Source of the DNA: Candidatus Chisholmbacteria bacterium
GTDB lineage: Bacteria; Patescibacteriota; Microgenomatia; UBA1400; Chisholmbacteraceae
DNA: 64,000 nucleotides
Direction of reading: 5' to 3'
NCBI GenBank assembly: GCA_963704905.1
Contig: CAVPHZ010000002.1
Coordinates: forward strand, 75,011 to 139,010
A program made the translations under genes and the position numbers. Under the pieces are notes generated by a model, which saw only the letters and a program-made list of their open reading frames with translations, made no database searches and was not told the DNA's origin. This document shows positions 9,240 to 19,563 of the stretch, piece by piece (position 1 is the stretch's first letter; each line of letters starts with the position of its first letter).

Positions 9240-10523
9240 ATGATACGCAAATTACTTAAACTCGCGAATACTCAAACGGCAATAGACGCTACCTATATGA
9301 CTGTAGCAACTGGGGTGTCGGCTGTTATAGCCGCTATTTTCTTCATTCTTGTAGCCAGATTGACCGGACCAGAAACGTTGGGGCTATTCTCTCTTGCAAC
9401 TGCTGCCAGTTTTATGTTTGCCGATATCTTCGATATCGCGATCAACAATACCCTTATTCGTCATGTAGCCAAAGAGCTAGAACGAAATGAACAAAAGGCA
9501 AGCCAGTTCCTGAAATTTACCCTAAAATTCAAACTTGTCATTGGTGTGGCAATTGTTATCGTTGTAACCTCGTTTGCAGGTATGCTGTCAAAGCTTCTCT
9601 TTGGTAACTCTTTGCCGTTCATTATGATGCTGGTAGGAATCGGAACAGCGTTACATCTTCTCTACACCTTTACAATTTCTCATCTGCAAGCCAGAAAGCA
9701 GTTTCTGAAAGCAGCATTCGGAATTATCCTCATTCCAATCTTACGATTAACAGGTCTTGCTCTTGTTGTAGCATACAAAATGCTCAGACTTACCAGCATT
9801 CTTTCAGCCTATTTCTTCTCACTCCCGGTTGCAGCAGCGATGCTTATCATGTCATCATCTCGAACGTTTTTAAAAGTGAAAAATGAAAATATGATCGCTA
9901 AGCAATTCTTGCGCTACAACATTCCACTTACAGCGGGGTTTGCGCTTGCTTCTATAGGTGGAAGAATTGATAATTTCATTCTTGCCAACCTCGCTGACCC
10001 AAAATCAGTTGGGTTCTATGCAGCGGCATTTCGATTATTTACACCAATTCAATTTTTAGCGGGATCACTCTCTACAGTATTTGCACCCAGGTTTGCAGGA
10101 TTCGAGTCATCTCAAAAGGCCAAGAAATATTTTACAAAATCACTCGTTGGAATAACTCTTCTGAGTATCGTACTTTTATTAGCTATTCCATTCTCATCGT
10201 TTATTGTCAATCTTTTTTACGGTTCAGCTTACATTCCATCTATTCCAGTGCTTCAGATTCTCTTTTTTGGGTTTGCCGCTCTTATGCTTCAGGCACCGTT
10301 TTCATCACTCATTCTCTACTTCTTTTCTAAACCGAAAGTATTTACATTTGTTTCTCTCATTCAACTGATATTTATCATTACTGCTGATTCCATTCTCATT
10401 CCCAAATTTCAGGAAATTGGCGCTTCAATCGCATTTGTCATTACTCAGGGTGTTGTCTTATTGATTTTTGCAACCTATGTATTCAGGGAATTTCAGAAAT
10501 CTGATAGACAGGTGAGAATATGA
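9240..10523 (+). CDS. Wzx-type oligosaccharide flippase
   Basis: ARLTGPETLGLFS, RIDNFIL...VGFYAAAFR, LIPKFQEIGASIA; about 12 TM. Confidence 0.82.
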   Translation: MIRKLLKLANTQTAIDATYMTVATGVSAVIAAIFFILVARLTGPETLGLFSLATAASFMFADIFDIAINNTLIRHVAKELERNEQKASQFLKFTLKFKLVIGVAIVIVVTSFAGMLSKLLFGNSLPFIMMLVGIGTALHLLYTFTISHLQARKQFLKAAFGIILIPILRLTGLALVVAYKMLRLTSILSAYFFSLPVAAAMLIMSSSRTFLKVKNENMIAKQFLRYNIPLTAGFALASIGGRIDNFILANLADPKSVGFYAAAFRLFTPIQFLAGSLSTVFAPRFAGFESSQKAKKYFTKSLVGITLLSIVLLLAIPFSSFIVNLFYGSAYIPSIPVLQILFFGFAALMLQAPFSSLILYFFSKPKVFTFVSLIQLIFIITADSILIPKFQEIGASIAFVITQGVVLLIFATYVFREFQKSDRQVRI

Positions 10524-11314
10524 TAACAGCCCATATGATGATTAAAAATGAAGAGCAGTGGATTTGGTTTGCAATACAATCAATACTGCCTTCCGTTATT
10601 AAAATATTCATTTACGATACTGGATCAACAGACAAAACTAAGCAGATCATTCAATCGATTTCATCGCCCAAGATTGAGCTAAAAGAAAAAGTAGTTACAG
10701 ATAGAGGACAGCTGACGCAATTACGAAATCAAATGGTAAGCGAGACGGAGACAGATTGGTTTCTTCTCGTCGATGGAGATGAAATTTGGCCGGGGCCAGC
10801 GCTAACCAAAATGTCATCAGCGATTCACAACGCAAGTGTGAGTACCTTGGGAATCGTCGTGCGAACTCGGAATTGCGTAGGTGACATATGGCACTATCAA
10901 CCTGAGTCAGCGGGTAAGTATGAACTACTTGGTAGAAAAGGACATCTGACAATTCGAGCCTACCGGAAAGTGGATGGCTTTATGTGGAATGGTATTTATC
11001 CGAATGAAGCGTATTGCGACGCAAAGGGAAATAAAATCAATGAACTGGACGACAAATTGAAATTCGTTGATGTGGCCTACTGGCATGTGACCCATCTGAA
11101 ACGTACTTCCAACCCAGATGATGTTATTGATAGAACAAAAAAAAGAAAAATAGAAAAGGGAATTAAAGCCCACGATAAAGAGCTTCCGGAGGTGTTTTTT
11201 GAGGATCGGCCACACTTTGTCCCTTCTCCTTGGTTTGAACCAAGTAAATTTGAAAGAACTGCAGCTGTAGTACTTACTCCACTTCGTGAATTAAAACGAA
11301 GGTTCAAAAAATGA
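10520..11314 (+). CDS. Glycosyltransferase family 2
   Basis: KNEE, DTGSTDKT, VDGDE (DxD). Confidence 0.85.
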   Translation: MITAHMMIKNEEQWIWFAIQSILPSVIKIFIYDTGSTDKTKQIIQSISSPKIELKEKVVTDRGQLTQLRNQMVSETETDWFLLVDGDEIWPGPALTKMSSAIHNASVSTLGIVVRTRNCVGDIWHYQPESAGKYELLGRKGHLTIRAYRKVDGFMWNGIYPNEAYCDAKGNKINELDDKLKFVDVAYWHVTHLKRTSNPDDVIDRTKKRKIEKGIKAHDKELPEVFFEDRPHFVPSPWFEPSKFERTAAVVLTPLRELKRRFKK

Positions 11315-12414
11315 AAATCCTATTTCTGAATATCTATAGCGGTATTAACCGTAGGGGTGCAGAATCGTTCACGAATGAACTCGCAAACCGCTTAGGACGA
11401 AACAATAGCGTCACTTTATTTCAGGCCGGAAACCAGAGCAGCAAGCAGACCGTTGAGATAAAAACATTCAACATGAACGTGCAGCAACCTCAAGAGACAC
11501 TTCCTGACTCACGCATTGGAAAGGTTCAAAAGCGCCTGTTTCTTGATTCAGCAAACAGAAGTGTATTGCTCTTTACCTTAAAAACTATCCCCTTAATCTT
11601 ACGAAGCGCCTTTGAGCTGCTTATCCCGATAAATGGATTCTGGCAACTGCTTCTTTTAAAATTGTTTCAGCCCTTCAAGAGATACAAAATACTTGTTATA
11701 GGGAATTCTGGTCCAGGCTGGGACGAACGGTTTAATCTTTATCTAAAACCAGACGTATTTGTGGCAACGACAGAGCCTTCTGCAGCTTGGGCGAAAAAAA
11801 TCGCCCCCTGGACAAGTGTGGAATACATTCCATACGCTATTGATAAAAATATTTTCTCTGATGCAGAGAAGGTCAATCTCAATCTCTCTGAGCCAATCAT
11901 TCTTTGCCCTTCCGCCCTAGTTACCTATAAACGAGTGGAGTTAGCGATCAAGGCAGTTGCACACTTAAATCGAGGATCATTATTAGTTCTAGGTCAAGGC
12001 CCACTCAAAGAAGACTTAGAAAAAAAAGGAAAACAGCTTCTCGGAAAACGATTTAGGCTCATGAGCGTACCATATAACGAGATGCCCAAGTATTACAAAG
12101 CCTGTCAGCTGGTAACGCTTCCTTCTTCTCCTCAAGAAAATTCTCCCATGGTTTTTCTCGAAAGTTTAGCAGCAGGAAAACTAGTCGTCACCACGGATAA
12201 TCCAAGATCACGCTGGATGCTAGAAGGAGCTGGCTTCTATTGCAATCCAGAGGATGTTGATGACTATGCGCTCTCAATAGAGCGAGCGTTAAATGAAAAT
12301 AATTCTGTTGAAGCAAAACGAAATATCAAAGACGCAAGAATGAAGTTTAACTGGGAAAAAGTAGTATCCAAATACGAGTTTATTATAATCAAAGATAATG
12401 ATATTAAGAAATAG
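11311..12414 (+). CDS. Glycosyltransferase family 4
   Basis: RGAE N-terminal motif, KRVELAI, ENSPMVFLESLAAG (EX7E). Confidence 0.85.
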   Translation: MKILFLNIYSGINRRGAESFTNELANRLGRNNSVTLFQAGNQSSKQTVEIKTFNMNVQQPQETLPDSRIGKVQKRLFLDSANRSVLLFTLKTIPLILRSAFELLIPINGFWQLLLLKLFQPFKRYKILVIGNSGPGWDERFNLYLKPDVFVATTEPSAAWAKKIAPWTSVEYIPYAIDKNIFSDAEKVNLNLSEPIILCPSALVTYKRVELAIKAVAHLNRGSLLVLGQGPLKEDLEKKGKQLLGKRFRLMSVPYNEMPKYYKACQLVTLPSSPQENSPMVFLESLAAGKLVVTTDNPRSRWMLEGAGFYCNPEDVDDYALSIERALNENNSVEAKRNIKDARMKFNWEKVVSKYEFIIIKDNDIKK

Positions 12415-13249
12415 AGAACCTCTAATTTCAGTAATAATTCCAACCTTTAATGAGCAAGATTGCATCAGTGATTGTTTAGACTCTCTCAAGAAACAAACCT
12501 ACAAGAGTATTGAAATCATCGTAGTTGATGATGGTTCAAGAGATAAAACCAGGAAAATATTGAAAAATGTTAGAGGGATCAAAGTGCTCACTCAAGAACA
12601 TCGTGGCCCTGGAGCAGCCAGAAATAAGGGAGCAAAAAAAGCAAAAGGGAAAATACTTGTATTTGTTGATGCTGACATGACATTTAACCCAAAATTTATC
12701 CATCTACTGACAAAACCTATTCGAGAAGGAGATACTGTCGGTACATTTAGCAAGGAAGAGTATGTCGCAAATTTTGAGAATAAATGGGCTCGAAATTGGT
12801 CACTTAACCGTGGATGGAAAGAAGGAAGAATGCATCCAAAAGATCAACCAGATTCACAAAAGGTATATAGAGCGATAAGAAAGGATAAATTCGATGAATC
12901 TGGCGGATTTAATACCAAAATCGGTTATACGGATGACTGGAGCATAGCTGAAAAGCTCAACCAGCTAGCAACCCATGCACCCGGAGCCATATTCTTTCAC
13001 AAAAATCCCGAAACCTTGCATGAGGTATTCAATCAAGCAAAATGGATGGCAAAGCGTCCCTACAAACTCGGTATCATAGGCAGAACAATTGCACTTCTGA
13101 GAGTTTCATTTCCCATTTCATTTCTGTTAGGGCTATTGAAAGCAATCAAACACAATACTCCATCATTTCTCATCTTTAAGTTGGTGACAGATCTGGCACA
13201 ATTTGTAGGTATCTCGCAACTCTATGTTGGAGGGTCTCGTGCAAAGTAA
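12398..13249 (+). CDS. Glycosyltransferase family 2
   Basis: SVIIPTFNE, VVDDGSRD, GAARNKG, FVDAD. Confidence 0.9.
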   Translation: MILRNREPLISVIIPTFNEQDCISDCLDSLKKQTYKSIEIIVVDDGSRDKTRKILKNVRGIKVLTQEHRGPGAARNKGAKKAKGKILVFVDADMTFNPKFIHLLTKPIREGDTVGTFSKEEYVANFENKWARNWSLNRGWKEGRMHPKDQPDSQKVYRAIRKDKFDESGGFNTKIGYTDDWSIAEKLNQLATHAPGAIFFHKNPETLHEVFNQAKWMAKRPYKLGIIGRTIALLRVSFPISFLLGLLKAIKHNTPSFLIFKLVTDLAQFVGISQLYVGGSRAK

Positions 13250-14645
13250 GAACAACAGCCATGTTCTAGCAAATAACTACATGATCATTGGATTAATTCT
13301 ACTGTGTGCAATAATTCTCAGACTGATCTCAATCCAACAGTCGTTTTGGCTAGATGAAGCAATCAATGTCTTAGCTGTTAACAAATATTCACTCACTCAA
13401 CTCCTTACAGTATATGCAGTTGGAGATTTTCACCCTCCACTTTTCCACCTCATGCTCTGGTCATGGTCAAAAGTGACTTCTTCGTCTGAGTTTTTTATGA
13501 GATTACCATCCGTCGTTTTTGGAGTGGCTACGGTGTATGTAATATTTTTAATTGGAAAGTTGATCGCTGCTAACCAGAAAGAGCGATTCATTCCGATAGT
13601 AAGTGCTGTACTTTTAGCCACATCAGGGTTGCATATCTATTATTCTCAAGAAGCCAGAATGTATTCGCTTGCTGCATTTCTCTCAACACTTACATTGTTA
13701 TTCCTTCTCCAGATAAAACAAAAACCCTCAAAAGTGACTAATACCATGTATATTGTTGTGCTTACTCTCATGCTCTATGCCGATTATCAACCATGGCTAC
13801 TCATTCCTCTTCTGATTTTTATTGTACCGATCCAAACAATAGTTAGCCTGTTTCTCACAGTACCTCTTTGGCCACTCATAGCCAGTCAGCTCAAAATCGG
13901 CCTTTCAACCGCTTCGGATTTTCCATTGTGGGGTGATGTCGTTGGAAAATTATCTGCAAAATCGCTTCTTCTTGTACCTGTGAAATTTCTGGTTGGACGG
14001 GTATCTGTAGAGAATAATATTGTGTTTGGAATATTGCTTCTTATCCCTATACTTATAGCTGCTGTAGCGATTTTCAGAGCCTTAAAACATAATCATCAAA
14101 CTACCAATATTCTGCTGGGATGGATACTTTTGCCGCTTACGCTTGGAGCTCTGATTGCGGTAAAAGTTCCGGTATTTTCTTACTTTCGATTTATTTTTCT
14201 TCTTCCTGCGGTGTATCTTCTCATCGCAGTCGGATTTTCTAGGCTTACAATTTCTTTCAGAAAACTAGCAATTGCAGGCCTCATCCTAACAAACATTATT
14301 TCATCGTCCGCATATCTTTTATTGACTCGATTCCATCGAGAGGACTGGAGAGGAGTCATGAACTATGCCAATTCATTGAACCAGAACTCACTCATTATGA
14401 TTCCCAACCTTGCGCAATCAGCCGGAGTTGAAATGTATAATTCAAAAAACATTAAAATTCAAGATAAAAATACAATTAACCTTTCAAGCAAGCCAACAGA
14501 GGTGCTCTTTATCAGATATGTTCAAGAAATATTTGATCCATATGAAACAATTAATACGAACCTTCAGAAGGATGGCTATGAAAAGGTACAGGAAAAAAGT
14601 TTTCAAGGTGTTTTAGTTTGGCATTACACGTACACTGGGAGCTAA
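13224..14645 (+). CDS. GT-C fold membrane glycosyltransferase (PMT_2/mannosyltransferase-like)
   Basis: SFWLDEA, HPPLF, RLPSVVFG, YSQEARMYSL, REDWR. Alternative start GTG 13239 follows GGAGG. Confidence 0.8.
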   Translation: MLEGLVQSKNNSHVLANNYMIIGLILLCAIILRLISIQQSFWLDEAINVLAVNKYSLTQLLTVYAVGDFHPPLFHLMLWSWSKVTSSSEFFMRLPSVVFGVATVYVIFLIGKLIAANQKERFIPIVSAVLLATSGLHIYYSQEARMYSLAAFLSTLTLLFLLQIKQKPSKVTNTMYIVVLTLMLYADYQPWLLIPLLIFIVPIQTIVSLFLTVPLWPLIASQLKIGLSTASDFPLWGDVVGKLSAKSLLLVPVKFLVGRVSVENNIVFGILLLIPILIAAVAIFRALKHNHQTTNILLGWILLPLTLGALIAVKVPVFSYFRFIFLLPAVYLLIAVGFSRLTISFRKLAIAGLILTNIISSSAYLLLTRFHREDWRGVMNYANSLNQNSLIMIPNLAQSAGVEMYNSKNIKIQDKNTINLSSKPTEVLFIRYVQEIFDPYETINTNLQKDGYEKVQEKSFQGVLVWHYTYTGS

Positions 14646-14648
14646 GGA

Positions 14649-15761
14649 ATGAAAATAGCAATTGATGTAACGGCCAGTATCTACGAGGGAACCGGGGTCG
14701 CAACCTACTACAACAATCTCATACCGAGATTGCTAAAACGTGCTCCTCATCACGAATTCATCCTCTTTGGATACTCGCTTCGTAGGCAAAAAGATCTGAA
14801 ACTTGCAAACAAAACCTTTCCATTTCCCCCAGGTCTCATGGAGATTATCTGGAACCGATTACATATCATACCTGTGGAAAGACTGGTAGGGGAGTGCGAT
14901 ATTCTCCATACCTGGGACTACATACAAGCACCGACAAGAAATGCAAAAGTCGTAACCACCATTCACGATCTAACACCTCTTAAATTTCCTAAACAGCAGC
15001 ATTCCAGAACCATAAAAGCATATAAACAAGGACTGAAGTGGGTGAAAAAAAGTGCTTCAGCGATCATTGCTGACTCACTCTCAACCAAACAAGATATTAT
15101 TGATTTGCTCAAAATTCCTAAGAACAAAATATTTACCGTGTATCTAGCCGCACCAGATCATTTTCATGACTTTTGTAAATTAAACCATAAAGATCAAGAA
15201 GTTCATATGAAGCAAGTAAAGAGTAAATACTCGATTGAGAATAAGTACCTCTTGTTTGTAGGTACTCAGGAGCCTAGAAAAAATCTTGAGAGAGTAATAA
15301 ACGCATTCAAGACACTCAACTCACAATTTCAATTAATCATTGCGGGAAATGTTGGCTGGGGAAAACGGATAAAGCCCGCAGAAAATGTGAAAACAATTGG
15401 ATTCGTAAGCGATCAGGATCTTCCAGCTCTGTTTGCAGGTGCTTCATGTTTTATTTACCCATCTCTCTATGAAGGTTTTGGGTTACCTGTCATAGAAGCT
15501 ATGGCTGTTGGCTGTCCAGTAGTTACCTCCGATAGAGGAAGTTTAGCTGAAATTTCCGGGGATGCTGCTGTATTGGTAAATCCTGAGAGTGTTGAGGCTA
15601 TATTATTTGGAATTGAATCAGCACTCAATAATAGTCAATCGCTTTCTGAAAAGGGCAAACAACGAGCAAAAGAATTTAGCTGGGATATGACTGCAGAGTA
15701 CACACTTGCAGTCTACGAGCGGATTGGTCAGCAGAGAAGTAGTATGGTTAAGAAACAGTAA
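14649..15761 (+). CDS. Glycosyltransferase family 4 (MtfB-like)
   Basis: TIHDL, EPRKNL, PSLYEGFGLPVIEAMAVG. Confidence 0.9.
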   Translation: MKIAIDVTASIYEGTGVATYYNNLIPRLLKRAPHHEFILFGYSLRRQKDLKLANKTFPFPPGLMEIIWNRLHIIPVERLVGECDILHTWDYIQAPTRNAKVVTTIHDLTPLKFPKQQHSRTIKAYKQGLKWVKKSASAIIADSLSTKQDIIDLLKIPKNKIFTVYLAAPDHFHDFCKLNHKDQEVHMKQVKSKYSIENKYLLFVGTQEPRKNLERVINAFKTLNSQFQLIIAGNVGWGKRIKPAENVKTIGFVSDQDLPALFAGASCFIYPSLYEGFGLPVIEAMAVGCPVVTSDRGSLAEISGDAAVLVNPESVEAILFGIESALNNSQSLSEKGKQRAKEFSWDMTAEYTLAVYERIGQQRSSMVKKQ

Positions 15762-15778
15762 AAACTTCAAGTTTGTTT

Positions 15779-16909
15779 TTATCCACGCTGATATTTATAA
15801 ATTACCATAACTGTTTGTGCAACCAGAACATACAATAAGGGAAGAGCAAGTAAAATGTATCGAGGAAATACCACATGAGTTGATTGAAACAGCAGGTAGA
15901 GCATCAGCCAGCCGAAGATCGTGCTAGCCTCTTTATTAACTTGTCGCTTTAAAGTCAGATACCCAAAAATGGGAAGTGCTAAAAAGGTACTAAGTGGCCA
16001 AGCAACCCAATACTCTTTAACTGGTTGGATGAGTGGATCTGTAAACCAGGTTCTCCATTCACCAATTAGTAAAATTCTCCAGATCTCAAACCATGGATAG
16101 TCGGGAAGATACGATCGATACAAACGGGCAATATCAACATGAAGCCACAGAAAATCAACAATCGAATGATTAATAAAAAACACAAGATAAGAAGTGAGGT
16201 ATACACCTAGACTCATAAGAGTTATTAGCAACATCGATTCAGCTTTCCCTTTAGCTTTTCTACTCCAGAGAATAAACATGGAATAGAGATAGAGCAATAC
16301 GCCAACAAATATTGCTTTGGATGCAATTGCCGCACCAACAACAATACCTAGAGCAATGAGTACTCTCCTGGTTTTTTTGGGTAACACCAATAACAAGATT
16401 GCAGTAAGAATAAAAAATAATTGTGGCATGTCAAGATTAACAGTCTGGCTGCGTTCAATGAACAATGGGTCAAATGCTAGAACTAGCGCTGGAATGAGGC
16501 TAAGAGACTGTGAAAGACCAATTTGCCTAGCAATGATAGAGGTGCACAAGAGTACGCCAAAGCTCAAAATAAATTGTATCAGCAGAATATTTCCACTGAG
16601 TAAATAAGAAATACCAAATAGATATTTTGCTAGCGGTGGATCCTCAAAATTGATTTCAGTGGGGTCTTTGCCCTGTACATATTCAAGCGCGGCATAGGTT
16701 CGCAGATCTTCATCGCTCATATTGCCAAAAAATTCATATTCCCCATTGAGGTTGTACTGCGAGTGGAGCCATATTTCGCGCAATTGACGAACATTGGTAT
16801 TTTGTCTTGGGGAATTATAAAAAGTTGAAAATGATCGAACGAGTATGAGTGTTGCAATTGTACTAATGAAAAGCATCTTCAGCAAATGCATGAATGGAGT
16901 ATACAACAA
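15779..16909 (-). CDS. GT-C fold membrane glycosyltransferase-like protein
   Basis: MSDED, NFEDPPLAKYLFG, FPRY; multi-TM. Start may be ATG 16891. Confidence 0.65.
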   Translation of the reverse strand: MLYTPFMHLLKMLFISTIATLILVRSFSTFYNSPRQNTNVRQLREIWLHSQYNLNGEYEFFGNMSDEDLRTYAALEYVQGKDPTEINFEDPPLAKYLFGISYLLSGNILLIQFILSFGVLLCTSIIARQIGLSQSLSLIPALVLAFDPLFIERSQTVNLDMPQLFFILTAILLLVLPKKTRRVLIALGIVVGAAIASKAIFVGVLLYLYSMFILWSRKAKGKAESMLLITLMSLGVYLTSYLVFFINHSIVDFLWLHVDIARLYRSYLPDYPWFEIWRILLIGEWRTWFTDPLIQPVKEYWVAWPLSTFLALPIFGYLTLKRQVNKEASTIFGWLMLYLLFQSTHVVFPRYILLALPLLYVLVAQTVMVIYKYQRG

Positions 16910-16930
16910 GAGGTTTCAAGAGGTCTCCAA

Positions 16931-16939
16931 TGATATACT
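16931..16939 (+). promoter_or_regulatory. Extended -10 promoter (TGnTATACT), leaderless-type
   Basis: TG 16931-32, TATACT 16934-39, 6 nt to ATG 16946, no SD. Confidence 0.6.
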
Positions 16940-16945
16940 GTCTCC

Positions 16946-18055
16946 ATGACTATCGGAATAGATGGGAATGAAGCAAATATAAACAGACGTGTTGGAAGCA
17001 ATATTTACGCGTATAAGTTGCTTGAAGGGTTTCAAAAGCTCGACAGTAGTAATAACTTCATAGTCTATCTCAAGTCTCAAGCTCGTGAGGAGATGCCTCC
17101 GACATCCATGAGATGGAAATACCACACACTTCAACCGAAAGCGTTCTGGACGAGATTTCGGCTTCCGTTAGAGCTATTTCTAAACCGCTCAAAAATATCA
17201 GTGTTTTTCACACCTGGACATTACGCGCCAAAATATAGTCCGGTTCCTTTGGCAGTTTCAGTGATGGATCTTTCATATTTATATTATCCAGAAATGTTTA
17301 AGAAAGGGGATTTATATAAATTAATGAATTGGACAGCAGATTCAATAAAAAGAGCAGATCACATTTTCACGATTTCGAATTTCAACAAAACTGAAATTGT
17401 AAAATACTATCAAGTACCAGAGGAAATAATTACAGTTACGTATCCTGGATTGGGTAAACCGGTTAGTTCAGCTAGGGGTGATGATGAATTTCTATCTTTG
17501 AAAGAAAAACTAAACATTCCAGATAAATATCTTCTGTATTTGGGGACTTTGCAGCCACGAAAAAACATCGTAAAAATGATCCAGGCATTTTCAATGCTTG
17601 ATCAACCAGACGTTTATCTTGTCATCGCAGGAAAAAAGGGCTGGCATTACAAAGATATCTTTGAAACTGCGAATAAATCTGGTGTTTCTGATAGAATCAT
17701 CTTTACTGGCTATGTAACTGATAATATAAAATGGGTGCTTTTAAAAAAGGCATCAGCTCTGGTTTTAGTGAGTTTATATGAAGGATTTGGAATACCAGTT
17801 GCCGAAGCGATGCAAGTTGGAACTCCAGTCGTGATATCAAATGCATCTAGTCTTCCAGAGATAACTGGAGAAGTTGGAATTCAAGTTGATCCAGGGTTGA
17901 GAGAAAGCATTGCATCAGGTTTATCCAAAGCAGTTCATTTAAATGAATCCCAGAGAAAACAATTAGCCATGAAAAGTAAAAAGATAGCAGAACGCTATTC
18001 ATGGGAGAATGCAACTAAAAAGACGTTGGAGGTACTCTATGAACTCGCCATTTAA
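16946..18055 (+). CDS. Glycosyltransferase family 4 (MtfB-like)
   Basis: GTLQPRKNI, SLYEGFGIPVAEAMQVG. Confidence 0.9.
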   Translation: MTIGIDGNEANINRRVGSNIYAYKLLEGFQKLDSSNNFIVYLKSQAREEMPPTSMRWKYHTLQPKAFWTRFRLPLELFLNRSKISVFFTPGHYAPKYSPVPLAVSVMDLSYLYYPEMFKKGDLYKLMNWTADSIKRADHIFTISNFNKTEIVKYYQVPEEIITVTYPGLGKPVSSARGDDEFLSLKEKLNIPDKYLLYLGTLQPRKNIVKMIQAFSMLDQPDVYLVIAGKKGWHYKDIFETANKSGVSDRIIFTGYVTDNIKWVLLKKASALVLVSLYEGFGIPVAEAMQVGTPVVISNASSLPEITGEVGIQVDPGLRESIASGLSKAVHLNESQRKQLAMKSKKIAERYSWENATKKTLEVLYELAI

Positions 18056-18644
18056 AGACAGAATGGGAAACCAACTAACTTGGAATGAAGCAAACAACAA
18101 AATAGCTTTCCGAATGAAAAGCTATTCAATAGAGATGACGACATCACTGTTGTGGTGGTTGAGTTTTTTACCCTCGCACACACTGCGCAAGATCTTGATC
18201 AAAGCTGCTGGTGTGAAAATCGGAATAAATTCCTATATCCACATCGGCTGCAGATTCTTTGAACCAACAAATATTTCTGTTGGAACGGGGACAATCATCG
18301 GTGACAATGTTGTACTAGATGGAAGAGACTCATTGGAAATAGGTGATCACGTCGACATCGCTTCTCATGTGATGATCTATAACGGAAGCCGAGACATACA
18401 TACCGAGGATTTTAAACTCGTTTTAAGACCTGTGAAGATTGGCAATTATGTGTTTATTGGACCACGTGCTGTGATTTTACCCGGAGTCACGATAGGAGAT
18501 GGAGCTGTTATTGGAGCTGGAGCGGTAGTTACAAAAGATATTCCACCCAACGTTCTGGCTGGAGGGGTTCCAGCAAGAGTGATAAAACAGCGAAATGTAA
18601 AACAACTGAAATACCGCCTTGGTAGAGCCCGTCTGTTTCTCTAA
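18039..18644 (+). CDS. Hexapeptide-repeat (LbH) O-acyltransferase
   Basis: VKIGNYVFIGPRAVILPGVTIGDGAVIGAGAVVTKD...GVPAR. ATG 18039 follows GGAGG. Confidence 0.88.
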   Translation: MNSPFKDRMGNQLTWNEANNKIAFRMKSYSIEMTTSLLWWLSFLPSHTLRKILIKAAGVKIGINSYIHIGCRFFEPTNISVGTGTIIGDNVVLDGRDSLEIGDHVDIASHVMIYNGSRDIHTEDFKLVLRPVKIGNYVFIGPRAVILPGVTIGDGAVIGAGAVVTKDIPPNVLAGGVPARVIKQRNVKQLKYRLGRARLFL

Positions 18645-18678
18645 TTGAAGCAGAAGATAGATTTATCTCCTCAAAGTC

Positions 18679-19563
18679 ATGAAACTTTCAATTATCATCA
18701 TCAGTCACAATACTCAGGAATTGCTCGCCCAGACAATAGCATCGATACCGATGAAATCTGACTGGGAGTTAATCATCGTGGACAATGCTTCGTCAGATGA
18801 TTCAGTAAAAATGATTAAGAAACGCTATCCAAAAGTAAAGCTTATAATCAACAATAATAATCTCGGATTCGCAAAAGCCAACAATCAAGGAATTGCGGTA
18901 GCAAATGGTGAGTTTATATTCCTGCTCAACTCAGATACATTGGTCCATGAACAAGCCATCGATGAATTAGTACGAATCATGCAAGCTAATACGGATGTTG
19001 GCATTGTCACCGGTCAGCTTCTAAATGCAGACGGTACAATTCAACCTCAAGGTGGATATCTTCCTACTCTAGTTCGTGTAATCCATTGGATGTTCTTTAT
19101 AGATGATATTCCCGGAGTGAAAAGATTGTTAAAGCCATATCAGCTTCGGGATCAATCACTGTTTAAGCAAGAGTTAAACCTTGGCTGGGTAAGTGGGACA
19201 GCAATGATGATACGCCGTCAAGTACTAGATCAGGTTGGTTACCTCAGTGAAGAGTTCTTCATGTATGGAGAAGATGTTGAATTTTGCATGAGAGTAAAAC
19301 GAGCTAATTGGATAATCGTTTCTGCACCGAGAGCAAAAATAACGCATTTATCCCATAAAAGTTCTGGAGGGTTACCTACGGCTGCATATGTAGGAGAATT
19401 CAAGGCGATAAAAATAATATTTGAGAAGAAAACCAAACTCGAATTCATTCTGGTAAGGGCAGTTCTTAAACTAGGTGCGCTCCTCCGAATGATAATCTTT
19501 GGTATACTGCAAGGCAGGAAAACCTCCTATGAAGCGTATAAAAAAGCTTTCAACCTGGCTTGA
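18679..19563 (+). CDS. Glycosyltransferase family 2 (WbbL/rhamnosyltransferase-like)
   Basis: VDNASSD, NLGFAKANNQG, LLNSDT, FFMYGEDVE. Confidence 0.9.
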   Translation: MKLSIIIISHNTQELLAQTIASIPMKSDWELIIVDNASSDDSVKMIKKRYPKVKLIINNNNLGFAKANNQGIAVANGEFIFLLNSDTLVHEQAIDELVRIMQANTDVGIVTGQLLNADGTIQPQGGYLPTLVRVIHWMFFIDDIPGVKRLLKPYQLRDQSLFKQELNLGWVSGTAMMIRRQVLDQVGYLSEEFFMYGEDVEFCMRVKRANWIIVSAPRAKITHLSHKSSGGLPTAAYVGEFKAIKIIFEKKTKLEFILVRAVLKLGALLRMIIFGILQGRKTSYEAYKKAFNLA